Assembly: GCA_964521285.1 (NCBI GenBank)
Contig: CAZFQS010000012.1
Location: 15,683-79,682 of the forward strand
DNA: 64,000 nucleotides
From: an uncultured Bacteroidales bacterium
GTDB lineage: Bacteria; Bacteroidota; Bacteroidia; Bacteroidales; UBA10428
Direction: 5' to 3'
Below, in pieces: positions 20,222 through 30,799 of this stretch (the stretch's first letter is position 1; each line of letters begins with the position of its first letter). The notes under the pieces are model-generated. The model was not told where the DNA came from and did not search any database. It worked only from the letters and a program-made list of their open reading frames with translations. The position numbers and the translations under genes are program-made.

Positions 20222-22747
20222 TTATTTCTGTTGCTTAATTATCTTAGTTATTTTAGTCTTATTGTTATGGCTGATAGTTAATATAAATATACCATTTTGC
20301 AGGTTTTTACCTATCAAACAGTCTCCGTTACAGCTGTCTGATTCAAACTGTAAACCATTCATATCAACAATAGTATATTTAAATGGAATATCAGCCTGAA
20401 TATACATTTCTGTTACAAAGGGATTAGGCGCGCAATATATATTATGAAGCTTATTATCAGTAATTAAACTGACAGCACAGGGTTCTTTTCCGGTGTTCCC
20501 ACCAACACAGGAATCACAGGCATCGTAGTATGCTGTTCCGTTCATGTCACCATTGCAGTCGTAGAGTTGTTCGCCATATAGTATACCGCGACCGCCTGTT
20601 GCAATGTACATACGGCCATACATGCGGGGATCACCTGTAACTATATTTATCCAGCCAAATTGCTGCTTGTCGGTATTTATGCGTATCCAGCTTTCACCCT
20701 CATCATCTGAACGGAAAAATCCGGTTACCCCGTTAACTTTGCCTGATATATAGATTGCAGGATAGTTATTGCCTGGAAAAGCCCTGCCAAATCCAATTCT
20801 GCCACCTTCCTGTACATTATTGATTTTACGGAAGTCTGTTCCGGAATTAACGGACTGATAAAGCCCGCCAGGTACAGCAAGCCAGATATGACCTTCTTTA
20901 CCATAAACGGTTCGTATAGAAGCATCACCCAGCTGCCAGTCCGGTACAGTCGGTAACCCGGTAGTTTTAACAGCAAAAGATTTTCCTCCGTCTGTACTTG
21001 CCAGAAGCTGTCCGTTAAGTGCATTATATACATAAAGCTTAAGTGGATTTACACGGTCAGATACCGGTTTCAGGTTTGAGCCTGCTCCTGCACATGCCTG
21101 CCATCTGGAGCCATTGTCTGTCGAATAATGCATCGAAGCTCCGCCGGGGCACCACACAATAGTATTACCATCAGCTGAAACAGCAATATTTCCGCCGGCA
21201 TTTGTGCCTGAGGGTGTGCTACCAAAAGCTGTCCATGTTGTGCCGCCATCTGTTGAGTAAGCACCATAGCGTCCTCCTGAATTATCATGTGTACGTGTCA
21301 TGAAGCCAGGTTTTTTTTCAGCATAGTCAATGCTCCTACTTGTCCCGTAGCGAGGTATAAACCTTCCGGCAGGAGGTGATTCATCCAGGTTGTCGTGGCG
21401 AAAACCGTCGATATCACCAATTACACTGACAAGAGAGGCTCCTGAAGTGGGACTTATTATTCCCAGGGGCACAGTCTCCTCCAGACCTGTATTCATAAAC
21501 TTCCATTTTGCAGGATTATACTGATCGGCGTCAGTAATATTTTTACATGCCCATAACCCATAACCGGTGATGAACCATGCATTGTCAGTATTAAATGGAT
21601 CGATATCAACGTCACCTATCCAGTGAGGATTGGAATAGCTGGCCCATGGAGCAGGAGAATAGTCCCATGTTGATGTTTCAAGGAGGGCTTTCCATGTCTG
21701 ACCCCCGTCAGTGCTGCGATATATTTCATCACGTGGCCACCATCGGTCAATAGTACTTACCAGCAGAGTCCCGGGATTTTGGGCATCAGCTGATATTCCT
21801 GCAAAACCGCCCTGTCCGGTTGGCGGTGTAATGTTAGTCCATTTCCCGCTATTTGTATAGTATTTCCATACCTGGCCGGAATTAACTCCGTTTGGTCCCG
21901 GTCCGTCACAAAAAGTCATATAAAGGATGCTGTCAAGTTCAAATGCTGCATGATGGGGCATAAGTGTGGCAGGTCCTCCGGAAACGGGTTCCCATGAAGT
22001 ACCTCCGTTTATAGTTTTATAGAGATTATTGCCGGTTTGCAAGATACCTACATAGATAGTCTGTGTAGCATTACCTTCAGAACCACTGCTTTTATCAAAC
22101 AATACAAAAGAAATACCTGCACCATCAGGGGTCTCGGCAACAGGAAATGCGGAAACCTTATCCCATGAAGCCCCATAATCAGTACTTTTCCATAATCCAT
22201 CCTTGCTTGAACCTAAATAGAGTATACTTCCAAGGTTGGGATCTACCTGCAGGCGTTCACCAGCAGAACGTCCGTCTTCATTTCCTCCGAGTTTGATAGT
22301 CAGGTTTGTCTGAGTCCAGTTCCCGCCCCTGTCGGCAGAAGCCAGTATTGCAGCAGTACCGGCCCACCACTGGGTATAGAGACCTGTAGCAAGATATACC
22401 CTGTCAGGGTCAGACGGGTCAGTTGCTATACTTAATACACCTGTATAATCAGATTCGTTTTTTCCTATATGGTCTGTAATGGGGAACCATGTGCTATCCG
22501 AAGTATTCCAGCGGTAAGCCCCTCCAACATCAGTGCGCGCATAAAGAAGACCTTGTTCAGCCGGACTGTAAATTATGCCGGTTACAAATCCACCGCCCCG
22601 TATTTGTACATTCTTCCATCTGTATTCTTCAGTGGTTTGTGCCAGTGTAAAGGATTGAACCGAAATTGCCAGTGTCAGGAGGTATATGAATATGTTTGAT
22701 TTCCTCATTACTTTGTACGGTTTTGATTTGCTATATCCTGGAATCAT
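20222..22747 (-). CDS. GH74-family xyloglucanase-like protein with T9SS CTD
   Basis: Nine dispersed Asp-box/BNR-like motifs (SADRGGNW, STDYGASW, INGGTSW, STDGGQTW, STDGGTTW, STDNGSRW, STDGGKSF, VNSGTDF, SDDEGESW) over ~700 aa, as in tandem-propeller GH74 enzymes. The C-terminal PNPF...ILTISHNNKT sorting domain is present. The true start may be the internal Met at 22708. Confidence 0.8.
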   Translation of the reverse strand: MIPGYSKSKPYKVMRKSNIFIYLLTLAISVQSFTLAQTTEEYRWKNVQIRGGGFVTGIIYSPAEQGLLYARTDVGGAYRWNTSDSTWFPITDHIGKNESDYTGVLSIATDPSDPDRVYLATGLYTQWWAGTAAILASADRGGNWTQTNLTIKLGGNEDGRSAGERLQVDPNLGSILYLGSSKDGLWKSTDYGASWDKVSAFPVAETPDGAGISFVLFDKSSGSEGNATQTIYVGILQTGNNLYKTINGGTSWEPVSGGPATLMPHHAAFELDSILYMTFCDGPGPNGVNSGQVWKYYTNSGKWTNITPPTGQGGFAGISADAQNPGTLLVSTIDRWWPRDEIYRSTDGGQTWKALLETSTWDYSPAPWASYSNPHWIGDVDIDPFNTDNAWFITGYGLWACKNITDADQYNPAKWKFMNTGLEETVPLGIISPTSGASLVSVIGDIDGFRHDNLDESPPAGRFIPRYGTSRSIDYAEKKPGFMTRTHDNSGGRYGAYSTDGGTTWTAFGSTPSGTNAGGNIAVSADGNTIVWCPGGASMHYSTDNGSRWQACAGAGSNLKPVSDRVNPLKLYVYNALNGQLLASTDGGKSFAVKTTGLPTVPDWQLGDASIRTVYGKEGHIWLAVPGGLYQSVNSGTDFRKINNVQEGGRIGFGRAFPGNNYPAIYISGKVNGVTGFFRSDDEGESWIRINTDKQQFGWINIVTGDPRMYGRMYIATGGRGILYGEQLYDCNGDMNGTAYYDACDSCVGGNTGKEPCAVSLITDNKLHNIYCAPNPFVTEMYIQADIPFKYTIVDMNGLQFESDSCNGDCLIGKNLQNGIFILTISHNNKTKITKIIKQQK

Positions 22748-24405
22748 TTGTCCTTGTCTTCAACAAGTAAGAACTGAACTGACCAGGGAGAAAGAACAAG
22801 TTTTATTTCATCATTTATTTCGTGAGATAAAGCCTTTATATTTTGTAAATTACTAACAGGTCCGCCTGTTAGGTTATCCGGACCTTTACCGTTAACAAAC
22901 ACTTTTTGTGAAAACTCGCCGTTATCATCTCCTCCGGTAAGTGAATAGATATAGCAGCGGCTTCCGTACTTAAAATCATGAATACTCAACCTGGCCATTT
23001 GTTCTGTTTTACCTTTGTTAACTATTACAATGCCCGCTTCACCTGAACTGAATTTGGATGCATAGACAATAACATCATCGCTGCCGGATACGGATGAGCT
23101 AACCATATGGTCGCCAAAAAATTTCTGAAAGTAGTACATATAAAAATATACAGGTCGGGGGTTCCATTGTGGCACACCAGGTTCATCTCCAAAGTTGAAC
23201 ATCCCGTGATCATCGCCGTTTGCCCATCTGTTAACAAGGTCCCAGCGGCAGGCCATTCCATATTTATTTTTTATAAGCTCACCCAGTACTAATGTTGCAT
23301 GCATACCATTGATAAATGAGCAGGATTGTTTTGAACCCACGGCAAATATATTCCACTCCGTAAGGGCAACTGGTTTTAAGGGAAGATTGTACTCAGCAGA
23401 TATCTCTTTCATATGGTCAAGCATCTTAGGTGTTTCCTTTTCAGGAGAATTTAAAATCGTGGCTGCTGTAGAATTCTCGTTGTAGGGAGTGTAGTATGAA
23501 TGAATAACATAGAAGTCAATTTCATTACCTGCCTGTTCCAGTACTCCCTTGTTCCAGCTGTTTTCTATAGGCGCGTAATATTCTTTTGGTAATTCGACTA
23601 TTACTGCTCCTATTTTGATATCTGCCCCGGTTTCTTTTGCTGCAGCTCTCATGGAGTCTGCAAAAATCCTGAAGTGTTTACCATATAACTCACCGGAGAT
23701 TATTTCCGGCTGTCCGTCTGAATTACTTTTTAAGTCTATTTCGTAACCTGACTGCCACTTCCCGAAATTCTCATTACCTATCTCCCAGAATTTCGTACGC
23801 CCTTTATCATACCTTACCCAGTCAGCTGCCAGTTTGGCTGCGGTCTGCACAGGGTCAGGACCGGCACCGTAGCGGGCATATGCATAATTAACACAAATAA
23901 TGCCGGTACTATTGGTTTGCTCCAGCATTTTATAATAATTGTCAACAGATAAAGTCTTTGGTCTTGTATCTCTACCATACCAGAAATTATCAGTGTATTT
24001 TTGTTCACCGCCAACATATACAGGATTGGGAACATCTTCCGGTAGTTTTTTGTGTTCTGCATTCCAGAAGAAAAGGTTACTGAGGTTTCCTCCGGGGTAA
24101 CGCAGTACATTAGGAGAAAGTAATTTTATATGATTAATAAGATCAGGCTGTGTAATCATTTGTGTCATATAAACATTCGCGTTATTACCATATATGTATT
24201 TTAATACTTTAGCCACAGTATCACTAAAATTAACATTGATGGAAACTGTGGGTTTTACAGTGGGCTGACCTATATCCTCATAGTCAGGTATAAAAGCTTT
24301 TTTCAGCTCAGAATCATTTATAAAGAATCCCTGTGAATCCTGTCCATAGCTGAAATCAGGAATAGCCAGTGCCAGAAGAATTGACAAGTATGATATTATT
24401 CCCAT
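22744..24405 (-). CDS. Clan GH-A glycoside hydrolase, GH51-like (possible alpha-L-arabinofuranosidase)
   Basis: Signal peptide, then KYIYGNNAN, LRYPGGNLSNLFFWN and FWEIGNENFGKW. These parallel the IYG / LRxPGG / GNE blocks of GH51 and related (beta/alpha)8 enzymes. The family assignment is not secure. Confidence 0.5.
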   Translation of the reverse strand: MGIISYLSILLALAIPDFSYGQDSQGFFINDSELKKAFIPDYEDIGQPTVKPTVSINVNFSDTVAKVLKYIYGNNANVYMTQMITQPDLINHIKLLSPNVLRYPGGNLSNLFFWNAEHKKLPEDVPNPVYVGGEQKYTDNFWYGRDTRPKTLSVDNYYKMLEQTNSTGIICVNYAYARYGAGPDPVQTAAKLAADWVRYDKGRTKFWEIGNENFGKWQSGYEIDLKSNSDGQPEIISGELYGKHFRIFADSMRAAAKETGADIKIGAVIVELPKEYYAPIENSWNKGVLEQAGNEIDFYVIHSYYTPYNENSTAATILNSPEKETPKMLDHMKEISAEYNLPLKPVALTEWNIFAVGSKQSCSFINGMHATLVLGELIKNKYGMACRWDLVNRWANGDDHGMFNFGDEPGVPQWNPRPVYFYMYYFQKFFGDHMVSSSVSGSDDVIVYASKFSSGEAGIVIVNKGKTEQMARLSIHDFKYGSRCYIYSLTGGDDNGEFSQKVFVNGKGPDNLTGGPVSNLQNIKALSHEINDEIKLVLSPWSVQFLLVEDKDK

Positions 24406-24467
24406 TTGTTTAAAATATTTATTTGTAATTTTAAAATGCGCTGGTTTTAAAAATTGTAATATAAATC

Positions 24468-25718
24468 TTATTCGCTTACCTGTATTATTCTTATGTTATC
24501 AACACCAATTGCTATGCTTTCCATTAAAATACCACCTATATCTGCAGAAGGATTTACAAAATACATACCTAAAAAATTGTAATCCTCAATTTGTGAAAAT
24601 GATGTAAGTAAATTTTCTTGATCAGTACTTAAGTAAAAATTGTTAAGCGGTATGGAAATAGTTATCCAATCGTCAGTTTCAAAATCATTTCTATTATCAA
24701 CATCACCCCATAATTGCAATGGATAAAGATAATATTCCACCCAGGCATAGTCCTGATCAGGGTCTCGCTTAACCAATCTAAATTCATACCAGCCTGAATT
24801 CCATGGACCATTAACATATATTTCAAATTTAACAGCCATATTGTTCGCGGATAATTCAGAATTAAATCGTGGGTATTTACCTGATACAATAGGCATAGCC
24901 ATTTCCTGGACCCACCATGTTCCCGGAACTAGATTGGTTGATGTACCAAGATAGGCATTTCCCATAAATTCAGGTAATCTGGAATCAGTCGAAGGATCTA
25001 TTACCACTCCACCCCAGTTTTCAAATGTATTCTTATCATCGAAATTACAAATCATACCTGTTGTATCGTTGAATCTGGCTCCTGCCGGGCTTGCAGAAAG
25101 ACCACTTTGAGATACAATTACTAAATTCCCACCTTCTGTTACTCCTTCGGGAACTGTCACATATATTAAATTAGCTGATACTATATCATACCCGGAGGCA
25201 GAAATATTACCAGGGAAAAGTATATCTTCAACAAAGTAAAAATATGATCCCATAACTGTAATAGTATCGCCAGCTTGCGAAAATTCATTGCTTATATATA
25301 TTATTTGTGGAGGAGGTGGATATATAATGAAGTCATACTCTGCTTCGCCATAATCAGTAATAATGCGTATTATATTAGGCACATCAGGATCACTGCCCAC
25401 ATTTGGTGTGTCATCAGGAATCTCAACAACAATAGTATTGTCGGTAACGAATGTTGCATTGAAATAAACTTCATAATTATTAATAAAAATTTGCTTTGTA
25501 CTGGCAAGGTTTTCCCCATGTATAACAACCCAATTTCCAAGGCCGACACCTGATAACGAAGTGTCAGCTGTTGAAGGATCAGTTAACCTTATCCTTGTAA
25601 TAACCGGGATACTGGTCTCATCTTTATCACAAGAAATTTGGAGTAACAAACTTCCTGTTGTGAATAATAGAATAAAAAAATAGATATTGTTATTTAATAT
25701 GTTTATTGATTTTTTCAT
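24468..25718 (-). CDS. Surface glycan-binding lipoprotein (SGBP-B-like) with IPT/TIG domains
   Basis: Lipobox LLQISCDKDETS with acidic residues after Cys. Two Ig-like IPT/TIG segments (PVITRIRLTDP...VVIHGENL; ...ITVMGSYF) and a C-terminal beta-sandwich. It sits immediately downstream of SusD, as SGBPs do. Confidence 0.6.
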   Translation of the reverse strand: MKKSINILNNNIYFFILLFTTGSLLLQISCDKDETSIPVITRIRLTDPSTADTSLSGVGLGNWVVIHGENLASTKQIFINNYEVYFNATFVTDNTIVVEIPDDTPNVGSDPDVPNIIRIITDYGEAEYDFIIYPPPPQIIYISNEFSQAGDTITVMGSYFYFVEDILFPGNISASGYDIVSANLIYVTVPEGVTEGGNLVIVSQSGLSASPAGARFNDTTGMICNFDDKNTFENWGGVVIDPSTDSRLPEFMGNAYLGTSTNLVPGTWWVQEMAMPIVSGKYPRFNSELSANNMAVKFEIYVNGPWNSGWYEFRLVKRDPDQDYAWVEYYLYPLQLWGDVDNRNDFETDDWITISIPLNNFYLSTDQENLLTSFSQIEDYNFLGMYFVNPSADIGGILMESIAIGVDNIRIIQVSE

Positions 25719-25837
25719 AATATAATGATATTACAAGGTTCTAATTTTCAATTTATTTTAGTATAACCTTCTAACACAGGCAATACCTTTGGAATAATAT
25801 CCGTAACGGCGGAAGGTTTACTATAAAAATAGTAATG

Positions 25838-27517
25838 TTATTCATCCTCATCATCAAGTAAAGAAAAATCAAACACTACAGGAGTCTTCTTTAAATTTGG
25901 AGCTCTGGCTGCCTCAACCTCAGGCAAAGGGAGCCACATGGTTTTATCAGTAACAGCAAAAGTCCGTTGTATAGGCTCCCCATTCCATAAGGTATCAGGA
26001 AATTCAAATTCTCTTTGACCTTGAGTATTCAAAGTAATTGAATATTGTCCTTTGTCCTGGTTGCTGATATATTTTTTTGCTGAATCAGGTTGAAAATAAT
26101 ACCATCGTACCAACTCGTACCAATAATTTCCTTCCATGGCAAGCTCGATACGTTTTTCCTGTAAAATATCACGGAAAGTAATGCTGTTTAATGTATTCAA
26201 TCCTGCACGAGTATGAACAGCATTGAAATATTGCAAGGCCTCAGCGTCACTGGTTGAAGGATCATTACCAAGTATGGCCTCAGCATAAATAAGGTAAACT
26301 TCTGCAAGCCTTAGCATATAGCTATTTATACCAGTCCCCATAATTAAACCTTTACCGTCATTATCATCGGGTGTTCCTACAACATATTTTTTAATAGCGG
26401 CAGTCCAGTCTGCTGTATAGTCATATCCACCCTCTTTAGACAGGATTTCATCATAATGGTCGCCATTGAACATGTAAGTTGCTTTTCTTCGAACAGCATC
26501 ATTTGGATTATTTATATAATATTTAATAATATCAGCAGAAGCACCCTGGCCACCTCCCCATCCATCGCCTGTGCCAGTAATTTTTGGCTCAAATGCTACA
26601 TATGACTGGAAAGTATTTTTTATGCCCCATTCATTAACAGCTTCCCATTGCAAAGCAAAGAGGCTTTCTTCATTATTATCGTTAGCAGACAGGAAAAGAT
26701 CGTAATAGTTTGGCAACAGGTTTAGTCCGCTATTATTACATACATCACCAGCATAAAGTTTTGTACTGTCCAAATCAGACTGGTTACGGGTTCCATCGCC
26801 TCCACTCGAACCTGAACGATAAAGCTGCATCTCATTTGTACTGCTTAAGCCTGAACGATAAAGATACATCTTTGCAAGCATCCCTTTAGCTGACCATTTA
26901 GATAATCGTCCTATTTCCACTGGAGTTTCAGGAAGGTTTTGAACAGAATACCTAAGGTCACGTATTACAAGTGCCCATATACTCTCAACCGTATTTGGTG
27001 CTAAAGCAGTATCCAGCATTTGGTCGATGTTGCTGTAAACAATAGGTACCGGACCCCAGTTCATCACAAGCATAGAGTATGCAACCCCCCTCATAAAACG
27101 GGCTTCTGCAATTGCATGTCTTTTTATTTCTTCTGAAACATCATCGCTTGCCCTGGTTTTTATATTTCTGATAGCCATATTACACTGGCCGATTACATTA
27201 TATAATGCCCTCCACGCCCCGTGAACCTCCCAGTCACTGGCCGTAACAGTAAATTGGTAATATTGATCCCTGTCATTGGATATTATATTACCTGCACGTC
27301 CATCACCAAGAGCATACATACATTTGTCATTATAATCACCCCAAACCAAGCTATATAAAAGTGCAGAACCCATAAGCACTTCGTTATCGTTTTGATAATA
27401 TGTTTCGTCAGTAAGACTGTCAAGCGGGGGTCTGTCAAGAAAATCCTTATTACATCCTATAAAATTAATAGTAAGGAGTACAGTTATGTATTTTATTATC
27501 ATTGATTTCATAATCAC
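25838..27517 (-). CDS. SusD/RagB-family outer-membrane lipoprotein
   Basis: Lipobox TINFIGCNKDFLD and SusD-like length. The start codon lies 22 nt after the TAA that ends the extended SusC frame. Confidence 0.9.
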   Translation of the reverse strand: MIMKSMIIKYITVLLTINFIGCNKDFLDRPPLDSLTDETYYQNDNEVLMGSALLYSLVWGDYNDKCMYALGDGRAGNIISNDRDQYYQFTVTASDWEVHGAWRALYNVIGQCNMAIRNIKTRASDDVSEEIKRHAIAEARFMRGVAYSMLVMNWGPVPIVYSNIDQMLDTALAPNTVESIWALVIRDLRYSVQNLPETPVEIGRLSKWSAKGMLAKMYLYRSGLSSTNEMQLYRSGSSGGDGTRNQSDLDSTKLYAGDVCNNSGLNLLPNYYDLFLSANDNNEESLFALQWEAVNEWGIKNTFQSYVAFEPKITGTGDGWGGGQGASADIIKYYINNPNDAVRRKATYMFNGDHYDEILSKEGGYDYTADWTAAIKKYVVGTPDDNDGKGLIMGTGINSYMLRLAEVYLIYAEAILGNDPSTSDAEALQYFNAVHTRAGLNTLNSITFRDILQEKRIELAMEGNYWYELVRWYYFQPDSAKKYISNQDKGQYSITLNTQGQREFEFPDTLWNGEPIQRTFAVTDKTMWLPLPEVEAARAPNLKKTPVVFDFSLLDDEDE

Positions 27518-27539
27518 TTAATTTTTTTATACTTATACA

Positions 27540-30500
27540 TTAAAAATCTACTAAAAAACTGAACGAATAGATCCTGGTTTGAGGATAACGACCATAATCT
27601 ATACCAGGTACTGCATTTGAAAGATTATCATCTGAAAAGGTACCAACTTCAGGATCGTAACCTCAATATTTTGTGAAAGTAAATGCATTCTGGACACTCG
27701 CAGAAACCATTATTCCATTTATAGGAATTTTTGACAAGACCTTTTCAGGAATACTATATGATAGTTGTATGTTTTTAAACCTTATAAACGAACCATCTTC
27801 GACAAACTGGTCTGAAGGCCTGTTGTTTGCATTCGGATCAGTGGATGTAACCCTTGGTATTTTTGTTTCAGGATTAAGCAAGATTGGTTCACCATTTGCA
27901 TCGGTTGAAACCCTTGCAAAATCAGCAACTGCTTTTAGGTAACCACTACCTGGACCACTACCATTTGGATTTTCATTCTTGTATCGAACATAATTGAATA
28001 TTTTATTTCCGTAAATACCATTTATAGCAATGTAAAGTACAAAATTCTTATAAGTGAAAGTATTATTAAATCCAAAAGAAAATTTAGGCCACGGACTTCC
28101 GATATTTGTTCGATCCTCATCGTCTATTATTGAATCGTTGTTCATATTAATGAACTTTATGTCACCTACCCATGTCCCTTGGTTTTCATCAATTAAACCA
28201 GTGCTACTTTGGACAGCATGGTTTCTAATTTCGAGGGTGTCCAGGAATAAACCATCTGCTTTATATCCATAGAATTGCCAGACAGGTTCGTTTATTTCAG
28301 ACCGTGATATAAAATTACCCATAAACCAGGGAGACCGATCTATTATACTGTTTTCTGTATAAAGTTTTGTTAACTTGTTCTTGTCAAGCGAGAAAGTAAA
28401 ACCACTTTCCCATTTTAGAGGATTTTCGATATTAACAGTATTCAATGTAATACCAAAACCACGGTTTTCCATTGCCCCTATATTAACCCATGGAGCCTGT
28501 ACAGAGCCAGAGCCTTCAGTTCCAAGATATGCGGGTAAAGGTATCTGCATCATAAGATTATCCGTTTCTCTTAAATAAAAATCAGCAATGAATTCAATAC
28601 GGTTTCTGAATAAGTTGACGTCCAAACCAGCATTATAAGCTTTTGTTTCTTCCCACTGGAAATCAGGATTGGAATAATTATTGGGTAAATATCCTGTGCC
28701 CCACGGCGTTGTCCCTGTCCTCATAGTTGCAAAATACGTAGCACTTCCACTGTTTTGGTTTCCGCTCACACCATATTCTAATCTGAGTTTTAAATTATCT
28801 ACCTGGCTTACATTTTGCATAAATGATTCTTTAGAAATCCTCCATGCCAGAGATATTGCGGGAAAGTAACCCCATCTTTTGTTCTCACCGAAATTAGGGG
28901 AGCCATCAGCACGCAATGTTCCATGGATTATGTACCTTTCATCAAAAATATAGTATAAACGTCCGAAGAAAGATTCCATAGCCCAATCCCCTTTACCACT
29001 GTATGCCTCTGATGTAGTTATATCACCAGAATTAAGCTCTTCAATAGTATTGGTTATAAATCCTTGTCTGGCTCCGGAGAGGCTTTCCCAAAGCTTTTCC
29101 CTGGCTTCATGACTTGCCATAACATTTATATTGTGCTTTCCTATTTGAGTATTATACTCTAACAGAGTATTTAGTGACCATTCTGTGCTGTTATCCAGAC
29201 TTCTCGTTGATCTTGCCTGTTCCTGTTCTTTTATATAACCGCTAAATTCATATCCGGGTTCGAAATCGAACTTTTTACCGAAATATATGTTTCCGTTTAA
29301 GTCAGTTCTGAGCTTCAAGCCCTTTATTAGGTTAATTTCGGCAAATATTCCGCCCATGCCAAATATTCTTCTTAGACTGTGATCGTTTATCTGTGCAAGG
29401 GCTACAGGATTCGATATCATAAACTGTGTTGTAGAAGGACCACCCCAACTGCCATCCGGATTTCTAACTGCTACGGCTGGTGACTGGCTTATAGCAACAT
29501 TAATAAGATCATTCTCCGAATTAGTAACAGTAATTACTTCATTTGTTTGGCTAGCCATAATATTTGTACCTAATTTTAACCATTTACGCGGTGTATTATC
29601 CAGGTTCAAACGGAATGAATATCGATCAAAGCCCGATCCTATAGCTATACCTTCCTGATTGAAATATCCGGCAGAAAGATAGTAACGTGTATTAACATTG
29701 CCACCTGAAAGACTAATTTGATGTTTCTGTATTGGAGCCCTCTGAAAAAGTTCCTTCTGCCAGTTCGTACCTTCACCAAAAACTGAAGGGTCAAGGTATT
29801 CAGCAGAACGCTCCCATCCTCTGGCATCTGCCAATTCATTCTGATAAGCAGCATATTCACTCAAACTCATAGTAGGAAGCAATTCAGGCATATCCTGTAT
29901 TGAATACATCCCTGAATAACTAATTTTCACTTGACCTTCTGATCCTCTCTTAGTTGTAATAACGATCACACCATTTGCAGCTCTTGAACCGTAAATAGCT
30001 GTAGCAGATGGTCCTTGCAAGATTTGCATTGATTCAATATCATCAGGATTTATTCCCGCAAGAGGATTGCTTGAAGATCCAGTTTCAGCAAGAATTTGAA
30101 CGCCATCAATAACATACATTGGTTCAGTGCTATTTGCAATTGAACTTATACCGCGAATATTTACTGAAATTGAGCCCCCCGGCTGTCCAGAGTTTGTTGA
30201 AACATAGACACCAGCTGCACGTCCTTGGAGGACCTGTTCAAGTGTTGTTGCATTGCTTTTCAGTATTTCATCCGAACTAATAGAAACCTGTGCGGAACTG
30301 AGGTCACTTCGCTTCATTTGTCCGTACCCTATAACAACTACTTCATCGAGCTTTGTTACTTCTTCTACCAGTGATATATTAAGATATGTCTGTTCATTTA
30401 CAGTGATTTCTTTATCATTATAACCCAGGAAGGAAATAACCAGGACATCTCCTGATCTAACATCAATAGAAAAATCACCGTTAACACCAGTTACAGTTCC

Positions 30501-30728
30501 GGTAGTGGTACCCTTAATAATAATATTGGCACCCGGAACAGGCTGGTTGTCCTCTGCAAAAGTAACTTTTCCGGTTATTGTCCGTTTGGCAGGTTCCTGT
30601 GAGTGACAGTAAAAGGTGCTTAAAATCCCCGCAATCAGCATAAGTGTGATAAACTTTAAAACACCCGGTACTGATCTGAAAACATGATGTTTTAATAACC
30701 AGATAGTCTTTATAAACTTATTTTCCAT
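27540..30728 (-). pseudogene. SusC/RagA-family TonB-dependent transporter interrupted by an in-frame TGA (27663-27665)
   Basis: The 1021-aa ORF ends ...NAFTFTKY at TGA. The same frame continues GYDPEVGTFSDDNLSNAVPGIDYGRYPQTRIYSFSFLVDF then TAA at 27540-27542. This restores the conserved KY-x-GYDPE motif and the terminal aromatic residue of the barrel. Confidence 0.8.
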
Positions 30729-30799
30729 AATATTTGGTTTTAAAATGTCATAATAACATTTTTCTTTAATAGTATTTTTATATCAGCTTGTGAAAGATA

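Noticed and set aside
22744-22747. ATGA stop/start overlap suggesting translational coupling of GH74 with the downstream GH51-like gene
   Set aside because: The overlap is genuine: the GH51-like stop (22744-22746) shares ATGA with the first in-frame ATG of GH74. However, the signal peptide begins at a later Met (about 22708), so the true GH74 start is probably downstream. The overlap may then be with untranslated sequence, so I do not claim coupling.
25760-25825. AACCTTC...GAAGGTT inverted repeat between SusD and the SGBP gene as a regulatory hairpin
   Set aside because: It is a 7-bp stem with a ~40-nt loop and no U-tract. This is within what AT-rich intergenic DNA gives by chance.
27663-27665. 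TGA recoding (selenocysteine or an alternative genetic code) as the explanation for the interrupted SusC
   Set aside because: TGA functions as a genuine stop elsewhere in the window, for example at 9563-9565, where the downstream frame is not protein-like. The conserved position is normally Ser/Thr/Lys rather than Cys/Sec, and I saw no obvious hairpin immediately downstream.
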